DNA of 64,000 nt. Origin: the human T2T-CHM13v2.0 reference genome, Homo sapiens. The notes under the pieces were generated by a model, which saw nothing but the letters and a program-made list of their open reading frames with translations, was not told the origin of the DNA and made no database searches. A program made the position numbers and the translations under genes. The stretch lies in assembly GCF_009914755.1 (NCBI RefSeq), contig NC_060942.1; one strand, 5' to 3'. The stretch's first letter is position 1. Each line of letters begins with the position of its first letter. Shown piece after piece: positions 42,374 through 60,017 of this stretch.

Positions 42374-44526
42374 TGAGATTTCAATTTGTAATATCTAGGG
42401 TGGGTTCAAAATATGGTGGTTTCCCTTATTTTGCTTTCTTAACATTGATATGTGTAAAAGTATAAACTATTTTGGTGAATTTTAAAATACTGAATTATGA
42501 CTTCACAAAGGTATTGAAACAATATTGTCATATTTACAAAAGCCATGAATTTTCTTTATCAAATTAATAATTTTATTATATATTCACATCTTATTAGATC
42601 TAGTTTCAAAAAAGGTAATATTTCTAAATTTCTCATTATAAAATGAAAACTATCAAAATAATATTAATAAAACCTCATAAACTTATATCTAATAATGATT
42701 CATTATAATTTGATATGAGCTGAGTTTTGAGTTTGTACTATTTTCAGGAAAAAATAATTTGTTACTAGTATAAGCAGGACTATTGGGATAAAATTTTAAA
42801 TTGCTTAGGAAAAAGAACTTCAGTAGCATACACATAATAATTCAATCATTGAAGCTGGGAGGAGGTAGGTAGAAAACATAGGTTTGACTCTCTTTACAGA
42901 CTTTTCCCTAAAGTCTAACAATTACCAGCAATATCTTTGGGTGGAAAAATTTATTAGTCATTATTTTGTGCTTACAATTGGCACATTGTTTACAAAAATC
43001 TAATTTAGTTTTTTCTAGTAATTCTAGTTGTTAAAATATAATACAAATAAAGGCCATATATGACAAACCTGTAGCTAACATCATACTCAACAGTGAAAAA
43101 TTGAAAGCTTTTTTCTCTAAAATCAGGAACAAGACAAGGATGCCCACTCTCTCCACTTCTGTTCAACATAGTACTAGAAGTCCTAGCTAGAGCAGTTAGA
43201 CAAGAGAAAGAAATAAAAGGCATCCAACTTGTAAAGGAAGAAGTTAAATTGTTGCTGTATGCAGGTGACATGATCTTATGTATAGAAAACCCTAAAGACT
43301 CCACAAAAAAACTGTTAGAACTAATAAACAGATTCAGTAAAGTTGCAGAATACAAAATCACATAAAAAAGTAGCATTTCTATATACTAACAACAAACTAT
43401 CTGTAAAAGAAATCAATGAAAATAATTTTGTCTGTAACAGCTACCAAAAACATACTTAGCAATAAATTTAACAACCAAGGAGGTGAAAGACCTGTACACT
43501 GAAAACTACGTACCTGTGAAAAAGCACAGACAACAAAAGCAAAAATAGACAAATGTGGTTACATCACTGAAAAGCTTCTATATGGCAAAGGAAACAGTCA
43601 ACAGAGTGAAGAGACAACTTACAGAATGAGAGAAAATATTTGTAAACCATACATCTGATAAAGAGCTACTATCCAAAGTATATAAGGAACTCAAATAACT
43701 CAATAGCAAGAAAACAACCTGATTTTAAAATGGGCAAAGCCCTCGAATAACATTTCTCAAAAGAAGATATTTAAGTGACCAACAGGTGTATGAAAAAATG
43801 CTCAACACCACTAATCATCAGGGAAATGCAAATTAAAGTCACAATGAGCGATCACCTCATACCTGATGAATGGCTATTATCAAAATGACAAAATATAACA
43901 AATACTGGCAAGGATGTGGGGAAAAGGGAACACTTGCACACTGTTGATGAGAATGTAAATTAGTTCAGCCATCATGGAAAACACTATGGAGGTTCCTCAA
44001 AAAATTAAAAATAGAACTATCTTATGATCTAGCAATCCCACTGCTGGTGATACATACAAAAGAAATTAAATCAGTATGTTGAAGAGATATCTGCACCCCC
44101 ATGTTCATTTCAGCATTATTCATAACAGCCAAGATGTGGAATCAACCTAAGTGCCCAGCAACAGATGAATGGATAAAGAAGTATGTGGTATATACACAAA
44201 TAGAATAGTAGTCACCCTTAAAAGAGAAGGAAATCCTGTCATTTGCAACATGGATGAACCTAAGGAATATTATGTTAAATGAAATAAGCCAGGCACAGAA
44301 AGACAAATACCTTATGACCTCACTTCCTTGTGGACTCTAAAACAATTGAACTCTCAGAAGCAGAGAGTAGAATAGTGCTTACCGGGGCTGGGTAGGTGGG
44401 AGTGAAGGAGTGGATTGGGGAGATGTTGGTGAAAGGATACAAAATTTCAGTTATATAGGAAGGATAACTTCAAAAGATCTGTTGTACAGCATAGTGACTA
44501 TAGTTAATAAAAATGTATTAGGTTGG

Positions 44527-44814
44527 GGCCGGGCGCGGTGGCTCACGCCTGTAGTCCCAGCACTTTGGGAGGCCGAGGCTGGCGGATCACGAGGTCCGGA
44601 GATCGAGACCATCCCGGCTAAAACGGTGAAACCCCGTCTCTACTAAAAATACAAAAAATTAGCCGGGCGTAGTGGTAGGCGCCTGTAGTCCCAGCTACTT
44701 GGGAGGCTGAGGCAGGAGAATGGCGTGAACCCGGGAGGCGGAGCTTGCAGCTTGCAGTGAGCCGAGATCCCGCCACTGCACTCCAGCCTGGGCGACAGAG
44801 CGAGACTCCGTCTC

Positions 44815-44842
<28 letters not shown>
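44527..44842 (+). mobile_element. AluYa5 (human-specific) with an internal 7-bp duplication and A28 tail
   Basis: All Ya5 diagnostics present: ACCATCCCGGCTAAAACGG, GCGTAGTGG, GCTACTTGGG, GAGATCCCGCC. TSD core GTATTAGGTTGG on both sides. Confidence 0.93.
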
Positions 44843-44845
<3 letters not shown>

Positions 44846-44913
44846 TTAGGTTGGTGCAAAAGTAATTGCAGTTTTTGCTATTGAAAGTAATGGCAAAAAT
44901 CGCAATTACTTTT
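44846..44913. mobile_element. MADE1 (Hsmar1 MITE), right TIR truncated
   Basis: TA-TTAGGTTGGTGCAAAAGTAATTGCAGTTTTTGCTATT-GAAAGT-AATGGCAAAAATCGCAATTACTTTT palindrome. Confidence 0.9.
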
Positions 44914-44941
44914 TTTACATACATATTAAAAATCACTAAGA

Positions 44942-45240
44942 AGGGGTGAGGTGGCTCACATCTGTAATCCCAGCACTTTGGGAGGCCAAGGCAGGCAGTC
45001 ACCTGAGGCCAGGATTGAGACCAGCCTGGCCAACATGGCAAAACCCTGTCTCTACTAAAAATACAAAAATTAGCTGAGCATAGTGGTGCACGCTTGTAAT
45101 CCCAGCTGGCGGCTAAGGCAGGAGAATCGCTTGAACGATGGCTTGAACCCGGGAAGCAGAGGTTGCCATGAGCTGAGATCGCACCACTGCCCTCCAGCCT
45201 GGGCAACAGAGCGAGACACTGTCTCAAAAAATAAATAATA
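44942..45240 (+). mobile_element. AluS
   Basis: Dimeric Alu with small indels; TSD core CACTAAGA. Confidence 0.9.
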
Positions 45241-45550
45241 GCACTAAGAGTACATTTTAAGTGGTCTACCACAAAAAAAAAAAGTATGTGAGTAAATGCA
45301 TGTTAATTAGCTCGACTTAGCAATCCACAATGTATACATATTTTGAAATATGTCATACATGATAAATAATATATACTATTTTTATTTGTCAATTAAAGCA
45401 AAATAAAAAGATTTAGTACAACGTGTTTGAAACTTGAGATGTTTAGTTTACTATATATAGCTAGTGAGATAGTTGTTGAATCTTTTTTGAACACTTTCTA
45501 AATCATGTAGTTGACTTATTAAACTATATTTAAGCATTGGCTCATAATAG

Positions 45551-45730
<180 letters not shown>

Positions 45731-45779
45731 TAAGTTTAGCTTTCTCCAAGATATTTAAAATTTTGTGCTTAATTTTTAG

Positions 45780-47298
<1,519 letters not shown>

Positions 47299-47919
47299 TG
47301 AATCTCTTGTCTTCTGGGGTGGAACACCCAACGCAGTGTGCAGTAATTCTTTTCTCTCAGTTCAATGCTTCCCTAAAACTATTTGTTATTATTATTACTA
47401 TACTTAGTCATTTGTTATTAATATTATATTTAACATGGTATTATAGTAGTAGTTGTTTACTGAAATGTTTCACCTACATCAAGGATATAAATGAGTTGGG
47501 TTATTGGAGATTAAAGAGACAGAGTTTTATGAAGAGTATTTATTTGGAGATACTGTGCTGACAGTATAAGTTCAGTTAAATGGAAGGTAAGATGCCTGCC
47601 CCTCACCAAATCAAGTAAGTTGGGGCTTCTATGGAACCACTTAGAGACTGAAGTATGATCCCTGCTGTATAAGGAAAACAGAGGGCTAGTGTCTGGCTCC
47701 TGTCTGATTTCATTAAGAAATTAATATAATTGGCTGTCTGCTAATGGACAAGTTAAAGATGAAATGGCCATATGGGCATTGGCCTACATCTCAGAGTTTG
47801 TCAGAACAAAGCTGTTGAAGACTTAACTTGAAATCAGATTCACGGTTTTTATTTTTACTGAGGCTGGAAACTATTGGGGAGGGAGGGTGTTTTCTACTGA
47901 GTTTGTCTCCTCTGCATTT

Positions 47920-49960
47920 TTAAAATCTATTCTTATGGTGACATATGACACACATATAGAAAAGTAATACTGTATAGCTTAATGAATATCAAACGTCCAT
48001 GTAACTATCACACAGATGAAACATAGAACCTTGCCAGGACTTAGGAGCCTCCTACTTAACACCTTCCTAGTCATAACTCCTTTCCTCCTCCCAAAAGGTG
48101 ACCACTACTATGGAAATTATTCCTTGTTTCGTTTTTATCAACTAAGTATGTGTCCTTAAACATCATATTTCATTTTGCATGCTTTTGAACTTCATGTAAA
48201 ATAAATCATAGAGTATGTATTCCTTTGTGCCTGGCTTTTTAGGCTCAGCATCATGTTTGTGACATTCATCCACGTTGCTCCACTTAGCTATAGTCGGTTT
48301 ATTTTCCTTTATATGTAGCATTTTATTATGTGATTATGCTGCAATTTATTCAGAATATTATTGATGAATATTTGGATTGTTTCTCTTTGGAGGCTATTAC
48401 TAGTAATACTGTGATGAACATTCTTGTATATGTCTGCTGGTGCTCATGTACATGAAACCTCCAGGAGTAGAATTGGTATGGGTATTTCCAACTTTGCTGG
48501 CTACACCAAACTATTTCCCTAACCAATCTGTATTCCCCTCTGCCCCAAAGCAGTATAGGAGAATTTATGCTGCTTCACATCCTTGCCCATTTTTGGTATT
48601 GTTGGTCTTGAATTTCAGCCCTTCTGATAGGTGTATTTATTACTGTGTGTTTTTAATTTGCATTTTCCCGATTATTAATGAAATTGAACATCTTTTCACA
48701 TGTATTTTGGCCATTTGGATTTTTTTTGAAATGCCATTCTTTCATTTTTCTACTGTGTTACGTGTTTGTTTGTTTTTTTATTGATTTATACGTATTTTTA
48801 ACATAAGCCAGATATGAGTTTTTCATCAGTTATACATAATTATCTTCTTTCATTCTATAACATGCTTTCTCTCTTAAAGGTGTCTTGGTGTCTTAATAGT
48901 ATCTTTTGGCAGCAGGTCCTAATTTATAATCAAAATGATCAGTCTTTTTCTTTATGGTTGCTACTTTTTGTACCCTGTTTAAAAAATCTTTCTGTACCCA
49001 AAGTCATGAAGGTATTCGCCTCTAATATCATCCAATAAAAGGTTGTTTTGCATTCACATTTAGATCTGCAATGCAGTTGGAATTTATTTTTGTAATGTGA
49101 TGTAGGGAGTCAGATTTCTTTAATATGGATATCCATATGTCCAAGCCAAAAATAAAAAACACAATTCTTACCCCAGTACTTTTTCCCCAATAGTTTTTCT
49201 CCCCTCAGTACTTTGCAGCACTACCTTTGTCATAAATCCAGTGTCTTTGTGTGTATGGTATTGTTTCAGGCCTCTTTAATCTCTTTCTCTGGTCAGTTTG
49301 TTGATCCTAGCACCAGCACCATGCTTTTAGAATTATCTTAATTATGTAATCTTAAATTTTATATTTATTATAAATAGTGTTTTAATCTTAAATTTTATAA
49401 GATTTTTGAAATCTGATAAAGCATCTTATCTATTGATCTGTGCATTTCCATACACATTGAGTTTCAACTTGTCAACTTACACATAGACACAGACACACTC
49501 GTGCACACACACACATAGAGAGAGACAGAGAGAGCATGCTGGGATTTTGATGGGAATTTCATTGAGTCTTACAATCTAAGAATAGTGTATATTTCTCCAC
49601 ATATTAAATATATATTCTTTAATTTATCTCAATAATAGTTTATAACTTTATGTATGGGAAGTCTTTTGTACTTCCTATACATAAATTACTTCAAAATGTA
49701 TTAATTACATGAATTATTTTAATATGTATTTATTAACTTTCTAAGATATGGGAATTTTCTAGCTATCTTTTTCTTATGTTTCTGGCTTAAATACATTATG
49801 ACCTGTCAGTCAGTTGCTGAGAAGTGTGTTCTAATCTCCCAACATGATGTGGATTTATCACTTTTCCTACTTTCAGATTTTGCTTTATGTATTCTGAGAC
49901 CACAATATTATATACATGTAAATTTAGAATTGAGAGTTGTTTATCTTCCTGGTCAGGGGT
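47920..49960 (-). mobile_element. Degenerate L1ME/L1MC fragments, with a (CA)n(GA)n tract at ~49480-49533
   Basis: Antisense L1 3'UTR/ORF2 motifs (GTGCCTGGCTTTTT.GGCTCAGCATCATGTTTGTGA.ATTCATCCA). Confidence 0.7.
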
Positions 49961-52942
49961 CAACTCCTCCTACTGTTAGTTAGAGAAAAATTGTACAAAA
50001 ACCTGACAATCTAGATACAAAGGCCTACAGGCAAGGTCATCTCCTTAGAAGGGAGAGTGAGTGGACAAATGCCCATTGACATCTTTAAAACAGTATTAAA
50101 GTTTTGTCCAGACATAATATTTTTTAAAGTTGCAGGCCAAATATGAACCTAAAGAATCTGGAAGAAGATATGTTGTTACATCATGCATGTTTATTGAATA
50201 TATTTCTGGAATACTTAAGATTTCCAGCCCATGTCTGTTTTAAAAATAGTTAATCAGAACAATGCACTTGTTAAAATTTGCTTCATAAGTGTAAAATAAC
50301 ACTTAATTGGAAGTTATGGTTTTATATTGTTCCTTACAATAAGGATTTATCCTACTCAATTCTATTGAGTGCTTTCTGCATGCCAGCTGCTTTTATGTGT
50401 ATTATTTCATTTAATAATCAAAATTGATCTTTGGATAAAGAATTCACTCAATTTTGCAGAAGAGGAGACCGAAGCTCAGAACATCCAAATAATTTAACCA
50501 AAGCCACACAGTTAAATGCATTGCAGAATTAGAATTGAAACCCAAGATTCTTAGTCCTGTAATTGGAAAAAGTTTATATTTGTAGCTAAGAGCTCAAGCT
50601 CTAGAAACAGGCTGCCTGAATTTGAACCTCTTATTAATTGTATAATTTGGGACAAGTTATTTGATCTCTGTGTGCCCCAGTTTCCTCAGTTGTAAAATGA
50701 GGCAGAGGCTAGCGGTGGTAATGATAAAACTTGTCGCAGATTCGGTTCTCTAGGAGCTGATTCTGAGGTGGTCTAGTGCACATGATGTTTGTTAGGGACT
50801 GCCCTTGGAAACAATACCTGTGGAAGGCAGGGAGGAAGCAAGAGTGGAGAAAGGGAGAAGTCAAAAACAAAGCAGACACCAGATGGCCTTGGCCACTCTT
50901 CTGAGGAGCTCTGAGACTAAAATGGCCCATCAGAGTTGTTCTGCACTGGTCCAGATAGCCAGGCCTTTATAACCCTTTCTGTATCTGTCATTGGATTTGG
51001 GCCACCGTGAAACAGGCACATCCTTGGGCATTGGCCCTCTGTAACCTATTTCTGCTGACAGCACTCTACCAGAGGCAGTAAGTCCTTCCTTTGAAGGGGG
51101 TCATGTCTTTTGCAGTACTTACTTCAGAGGGGTTTTTAGGACTAAATGAGATAACACATAGAAAAGTTTCTTGGTGAGCTCTCAGTAAGTTGTTATTACT
51201 AGACCATATACATGTTAACTCTAAGATTCATGCAGTGTAAAAGGCATAAATTTAAAAAATGGAAAATAAATTGATCAGACTACTTGATAAAACTCAGCCA
51301 GCTTAAAAAAATTAGGAATCCTTAGTCAAACTTGTTTTGTTTTAACATATAGAAAATGTCAAAGATACATAAAGGAAATTAGTATAATCACCTCTCATGT
51401 GCTTCTCATCTAGTTTCCCCTTGACATATTTTTGGGTAGGGAGTAAACTGGGGGATTTTGGAACCAATCCCAGATATAGTGTTTTACCTGTAAAGACTAT
51501 GGTGTACATTCTCTCTCATTTCAAAATATTTTTATATAACCCCTATGTTATTATTATACCTAACAGAATTAACAATAGTTTCTTAATATCTATTAAGTAC
51601 TAGTTCACACTGAAGTTCCCCATTTATCTCACACAGACTTATTTTTAGGAGTTTTATTTAAATCAGAATCCAAAAAAAAGTCCACATAATTTTATGTATG
51701 TCTCTTAAATCTCTTTATTCTGTAACATCTCAAACTCTCTCCCCTTTTATTTAGGCCAGTTATTTGCTAGAAAACTAGATTGTTTTCCCTGGAGAATGTC
51801 CCATATTCTGAATTTGACTACTTCCTTGTTGTGTCATGTCACTTAAAGAAAATATTCTTCAAAAACCCATATGTCCTATAAACCTGTGGTTATATCTAAG
51901 CTTGACTGAATTCTGATTCAACTTGAAGCAAGAAATACACTGAGGTGGTGCAAGGCACTGAACCAAATTTTGATCGATAAAACACTTTTGATTAGTCATC
52001 TTTGTCATTTCTCAAGTTTCATTTTCATTTAATTATTGCTTTAATATTAAGCTTCTGTGAAATATTCGTTCATATCTAAGTTCAAGCTTTTGGCCTTCTT
52101 CTATAATGTTGTGTTAATGTATAAAGTTACATAAGTTGTATATAAATTCTAGAAATTAAAATTCAACCAAGTTGCATTTGCCAATGACACTTGGCAGAAT
52201 AATGATAATGATATAATAAAGCATATTTTTTTTGTTGGCTTGCGACTTCACAAAGCTGTAGTTTGTTGACTATTAAGTATATTTAAGTTCTGTGAATTAT
52301 TTATCATCTCATCTGCTGTTTACATAGGCTCTTTTGTAGTCTTTTTATAAATTTGAATATAAACCTAGAGGTTTCCCCCTTTGAGCTATTTACTTTATCT
52401 TAAACGTTGAAAGAATGAGTAAATAATATATTGACAGTCTAGGCTAGGGAGCAAAAGAAACTTCTGGAAATTATGTTCACCATATGTATATTTCCAAAAG
52501 ACAGCTGAAGAAGAAACAGTGTGTGAATATAAACATATTTCATATACCACACACATATTCTAGTACAGTTTTATGTTCGAATACAAATAACTTATATGAA
52601 TCTGCCTATGAGTTTTCTTTTATCTCAAGTAGTAGATATGTTGTTTAAATGTTACTACAGTTTATAGAACCCAAGGGTCCAAACAGTGGGTGTTCTTTGC
52701 TTTTCTATAATTCATTTTAATTCTTTAACTTTTTTTCATGAAACGGAAAAAAATTCAATCTGGACACTTCAAAGTGACTCAGTCCCTTATGACAAAACAT
52801 CTCTTTAAGGTAGAAATGTTCTTCAATCCAATTTAGGAACCCTTCTTCTCACGATAGCATCTGTGCAGAGAAACCTTGCATAGGATGAGGGCAGTGGTAT
52901 GTGGTGAAGTGCACTGGTATGTTTGCCTAGTATGCTCTATAG

Positions 52943-53286
52943 CAGGGGTCCCCAACCCCCCAGGTCATGGACCTACCAGTCCATGGCTTGTTAGGAACCA
53001 GGCCACACAGGAGGAGGTGAGTAGCAGGAGAGCGAGCGAGCATTACCGCCTGAGCTCTGCCTCCTGTCAGATCAGCAGCAGCATTAGATTCTTGTAGGAG
53101 CACGAACCCTATTGTGAACTGCGTACACGAGGGATCTAGGTTGCATGCTCCTTATGAGAATCGAATGCCTGATGATCTGAGATGGAACAGTTTCATTTCA
53201 AAACCATCCCCCCCACCACCCCGGTCCATGGAAAAATTGTCTTCCACAAAACTGGTCCCTGGTGACAAAATGATTGAGGACTACTC
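52943..53286 (+). mobile_element. MER1B (hAT-Charlie)
   Basis: CAGGGGTCCCCAACCCC... start; perfect 8-bp TSD CTCTATAG at 52935-52942 and 53287-53294. Confidence 0.93.
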
Positions 53287-53822
53287 CTCTATAGCAAGAG
53301 AATGGTGCCCTACATTCTGCTCCCCTACACTTAAGCTGCTAACTCTGTAACTGAAAATCAAAGGCATTCATAGTTAAGCGTTTCTGCAAAAACAGAAGTG
53401 TGGCTAGACCTTACTTCTACTTCCAAATATTTTATGAGTGCATCTGATTGGCTGGTTCTAAATCACATCCAAACCCTAGCTGCAAAAGATGAAATATAAA
53501 TTTTAGATTTCCAGGCTTTAGTCTGTATAGGAGCACAAGGAGGAGGGTGGAATGGAGGTTGAACACCAGTCCATCCTATCCATTGCAGTCACAGCATAGA
53601 GATTGGCTGTGGGGTGTGGGGGTAGGAGGCCTTCACACCTTCACTTCTTGACCTGGGTTGATTTAATGGTGGTGGTCTCTGCTCATATGGTATCTCAACA
53701 GAGATAGTATATGAGGTTTTATCAGTTACTTTTTAGCTTTACCCTAGCTCCCTTGTACAGGGAGTCTTCAGAAAAACAGCTCCCTCCTCTCTCTGTTCTC
53801 TCCAGAAGTGTATATCCAACCC

Positions 53823-55258
53823 TGTTACAGGTTGAATTGTGTACCCCTCAGATACATACACTGAAATCCTAACCCCCAGTTCCTTAGGATGTGACCTTAT
53901 TTGACATAGGGTCACTGCAGATATAGTTAGTTAAAATGAAGTTATACTGTAGTAGGGTGGGCCCTTAATCCAATATGACTAGTGTTCTTATGAAAAGGGG
54001 CAATTGGATACAGACACACATAGAGGAAGAACACCATGTGAAGGTGGAGATGGTCATCTACAAGCCGAGGAAACAGGCCCGGAACAGATCCTTTCCTCCT
54101 GGCCCTCTGAAGGAACCAGCCCTGCCAACACCTTGGTTTCAGACTTCAAGGCTCTAAAACTGAGATAATATGTTTCTGTTCTAATACAAACCCCTTCTTG
54201 ATGCATGCTTTTTCACTCAGCTGAGCAATGTCAAGGGGCAGTAAGCCAGTAATTCTTCCTTGGTTAACTTCTGTATTTCTTCATTCAGGGTCATGAAACT
54301 TAGCTGGGTTTTCTTTGCACCCCTTGAAAATAATGGGCAAATTAAGAAGGATGTGCTATGCTCTGAATGTGTTTCTCCAAAATTTAAATGTTGAAACCCT
54401 AACTCCCAAGGTGATGATATTAGGAGGTAGGGTCTTTGGGAGGTGATTAGGTCATAGGGGTAGAGCTGTGCTAAACAGGATTAGTGCTCTTATTTAAAAG
54501 GCCCAAGAGAGATTTGCCTTGATCTTGGACTTCCCAGCCTCCAAAACTGTTGCTTATAAACTACCTACTTTGTTATAGCAGCCAAAAGAAACTAAGACGG
54601 TGTGTCTTCTTGCCCTGGTGGCATGGGTAAGCCTCCAACTGAAGTAATCTCCAGATAAGAAATGAATCCCAATCACCTATTTTCAGCATCGCCCCCAAAT
54701 CTCACTCAATATTTTCTTGGGGACTTTCCGTTTTTCCCAAGAATAGTCAACATGGAAGGAGGAGTATTGTCCTCTATAATGACTTTCTATTATGTCAACT
54801 TAAGTATTATGGAACTAAGTTTCCTGGAATTTCCTTCTCCACATCATTTTGGTCATGGGACAATACTCCTCCCATTGAGGTATGGGTCTCGTTCTCTTGA
54901 GTCTGGATGTCCCTATGACAGAGTGATGCAACATACCCTGAGGCTAGGTCTTTAGGAGAAACAGCTTCCACCTGGTCTTTCTGGGGACATTTGTTCTTGG
55001 AACCCAATCTGTGAGAGATCCCCAGCACAGGAAGAGACTGCCTGTCAGCATTCCAGCCAACAGCCAGCATCACGCATCACATGTGAAAGAGGAAGTGACT
55101 CCAAGGTGACTCCAGCTGCAGAGTATCTAACCACACAGCATGAGAGATGCCAAACTAAGCCAAGCCAACCCCCAGAATAGTGAGAGATGATAACATAATT
55201 ATTATTGGTTTTAAGCAACTAAATGTTGGTGTGATTTGTTTATGCCTAATAGATAATT
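53823..55258 (+). mobile_element. Cluster of MLT1/MST-type MaLR LTRs (~53823-54180, ~54354-54600, ~54870-55258)
   Basis: TGTTACAGGTTGAATTGTGT..., TGTGCTATGCTCTGAATGTG..., and TTTTAAGC.ACTAA.T.TTGG...TTTGTT end motifs. Confidence 0.75.
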
Positions 55259-55549
55259 GGATTAGTCTCTTACTTGTGCCTATTTCCAACTCTGATTTCC
55301 CAAAATCTTTCCTATTCTCTTCTCAACCTAATTCAACAATGGAACCTCCAGTAGTGGAGAGAAAAACCAGTCATTCAAGTTTGCATATTATTCCTAGCAG
55401 TTTTAAAATGTTTATTTCAAGCTGTGAACCTGTGTTTTGATGGGGAAAGTGAGAAAAGAACTTGGTGTTCAGTGTTTCAGGTTATTGCTACCTATCACTC
55501 TTTTACAGACAACAGGACAAGATATGTACTTTAAAAGACAATACTTCCA

Positions 55550-55955
55550 CCAAGAGATGAGTGGATAAAATATGCTATATAAGTACAGTGGAATAGTCAG
55601 TCATTAAAAGGAATAAATCCTGACTCATGTTGCAATATAAATGAACCCTGAAAACATTATGCTAAATGAAATAAGCCAGACACAAAAAGACAAATATTGT
55701 ATGATTCCACTTACATGTGGTACCTAGAATGGGCAAATTCATAGAATAGAAAGTAAAATAGAGGTTACCAGGGGCTAGAAGGAAGAGGAAACAGGAAATT
55801 ACTATTTACAGAGTACAAAGTTTCTGTTTGGAATGAAAAAAAATTTTTGGAAATAGTATTGATGGTTATATAATACAGTACAGTGGTAAATGTACTTAAA
55901 GTCACTGAATCGTTCACTTAAAAATGGTTAAAATGGTAAATTTTATATTATTTAT
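55550..55955 (+). mobile_element. L1MB-type 3' end
   Basis: GAAAACATTATGCTAAATGAAATAAGCCAGACACAAAA...CACTTAAAAATGGTTAAAATGGTAAATTTTAT. Confidence 0.85.
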
Positions 55956-56747
55956 GTGTATGTGTGTGTGTATCCACAGTTCATCTTTAAAAGACTGTAA
56001 ACGCTTGGCTCTTGTTAATGTATCTACAAATTTCTTTGACAAATACTTGCTGAATTGCTACCACGTACCAGGCACTGTGGTAGGCAGTGAAAAAGTAAAC
56101 ATGATTAAGACACAGATAGCGCCTTCCCTGTAGTCAAAATCCCACTTATTCCTAAAGGCCCAGTATAGATGCAGCCACCTCTTCATTAATTTCTTTCAAC
56201 AAGGATTTTTAGTAACTGTGAAGGATATAAGAGTAAATAAGTCATGGTTCTTACCCTCCAAGAATCTGGTACCTACTTAGGAAGATGGAATATGTGCACT
56301 AAAAGATAAGAGAGCTTACCTTGTAATATTTTTTTGTGACAAATATTATTTAATTGATAGCAGATCCTTGGAGAGTTGACAGAAAAACAGTCACTCTGTG
56401 GTAGATTGATGGGTGGGAAAAGGTGGGACTTTGAGTATCTGAAGGAGGTCATACCTTGCTCAGTGAGCAAGGCAGCAGCATGAGCATGTTTGGAGGACAG
56501 TGGGTAGCTGTGTGAATGGTTTTTATGGTAGATTTATATGAAATGTAGTATATACCTTTATCTTAAGATAGTATCTTGGATAGTATCTAAAGGAGGATAC
56601 AAACCATAAGAAATGTACACATTTCCACCAGAAGGCTCATTTTTATTTTGTTTTTCTTTACCTGTTCTGTAAATCATAGTGTTGCTTTATATTCTTATTT
56701 GGATGATACTTTATATTTTATTTCTTTTCCATTAAGGACATTATTAA

Positions 56748-57896
<1,149 letters not shown>

Positions 57897-57994
57897 TAGA
57901 ACCATACTAATTAATAAACAGAATATCTACCCTAGAGCGACTGTAAGTCTATGCAGTTAATTTGTAACAAATGTGATTCTTCAATCTAATACAG

Positions 57995-58051
57995 ATACTT
58001 GACTCGGATAAATCAAAACCTAAGAAATCTCTCATCATTCATAATGCTTAG
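57995..58051 (+). CDS. C18orf63: C18orf63 exon 13 coding part: ILDSDKSKPKKSLIIHNA* (exon ends 58084); total protein 685 aa
   Basis: CTAATACAG| acceptor, TAG at 58049-58051, donor CAG|GTAACT at 58085. Confidence 0.88.
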   Translation: MLDSDKSKPKKSLIIHNA

Positions 58052-59036
58052 AACATGGACCTGAAAGAAGGAAATGTCTACCAGGTAACTGAAGTGATAG
58101 CTTTTGATTTGTTTTTACATTATCTGAATTGGGATTGCCAAGTTTAGGGGTCCCCAACCTCTTGGTAAAAAGCAGCTACTTTTAAATTCTTTGAAACCGT
58201 AAAATCAGCAAAGAAATAGGACATGGTGGGAACAGTTCACTCCTTGAATAAGGACCATACACAGCAGCTGTTTTGTAATGATTTCAAAGAGGGATGGGTG
58301 CAAATGGTCCACTGTGGGCTCCCCCTCACTCTGTTCTGGGGATCCTTGCAGACTAGGAAGAGCTCACACAGCAGCAGCAGACTATCTAAAAATAGAAGAT
58401 TTGAACAGCTACTACAATATCCACTTTTTGGGATACCTACCCAAGATAATAAACCTTAAATGATGTTTCAAAGGTTAATCATTTAGTTAAAATTTACTCC
58501 AAAAGTGCTACAGTGCTGGCTATGTTTAAACTTGATACTCAGTTAATAATGCCCAGTTCATGGCACTGAATTTACAACATGATACATCTGGAAATTACAT
58601 TTTATTTTGTTCTGCCATCTGTTCTATTCTAAGAACAAACATATTACTAAAATACCCACAAGTTATTTTTTTACATAGAACTATTGGAATACTTTCAATT
58701 CAGATTCTTTAAGAACCAACTAGAAAACATTTTCTTTTCCAACTGCTATTTCTTCCTATAACTAATAAAATTTTCAGCCTGATTTTAATTAACCAGAAAG
58801 TATTTGAGTCTATTCCTATATACGTTATGATGTTGTATTTTATGTACTTTTTGACATCTTAATATTTAATGCACTCAGTAGGTGACTGAGGGAAAAATGC
58901 ATGTGCCTTTAAGATGTTACTTGCATTTTTAGAAATCAATGAAATCTATTCTAGGTTTCACATTGTTTTAGAGATATAGCACTTTCCCACTTTGAACTAC
59001 TTAAGTCCTGACACAATTTTTAAAATTAAAAAGTCA

Positions 59037-59598
<562 letters not shown>

Positions 59599-59654
59599 CA
59601 ATAAATATTAAATTTTAAAAATAATTTCATCAGGTAGAAGGAATAACGAGAACA

Positions 59655-59892
59655 TTTTTAATATTTTATTTGTATAAATGTGTGGGGTACAAGTGCAACT
59701 TTGTTACCTGCATGTATTGTAGGGGTAAAGTCAGGGCTTTTAGTGTATTCATCATTGGAATAATGTACGTTGTACCTGATTAAGTAATTTCTCATCATTC
59801 ACCCCCCCTCCCTTCTTCTATCTGTCAACGCCCTACTCTTCTTTCTATCATTCTGCACTCTATGTCCACGTGTATATATTATTTAGCTCCCA
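59655..59892 (-). mobile_element. L1MA/PB 3' end fragment
   Basis: GGGGTACAAGTGCAACTTTGTTAC...TTTAGCTCCCA antisense L1 end. Confidence 0.8.
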
Positions 59893-60017
59893 ATAACAGG
59901 AATCATTATAGAAAATAATTTCCCCTAAATATAAAATTAATACATACTCCTATACTTGAGTAGTACAGAGCAGTTTCAAGAAAAAAGTAAAAAACCACCT
60001 GTAATTTCTCTTTGCAG

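Larger units (their letters stand above)
43035..45410 (+). mobile_element. L1MA-type element (ORF2 RT fragment with an internal deletion near 43510, and 3'UTR) hosting a MADE1 and two Alus
   Basis: GGAACAAGACAAGGATGCCCACTCTC...GCAGGTGACATGATC (RT motifs); 3'UTR resumes at 45241 after the insertions. Confidence 0.9.

Noticed and set aside
44643-45272. 209-aa minus-strand ORF, and similar ORFs at 16927, 24806, 32489 and 59326
   Set aside because: Typical antisense Alu translations ([11 protein letters not shown]...).
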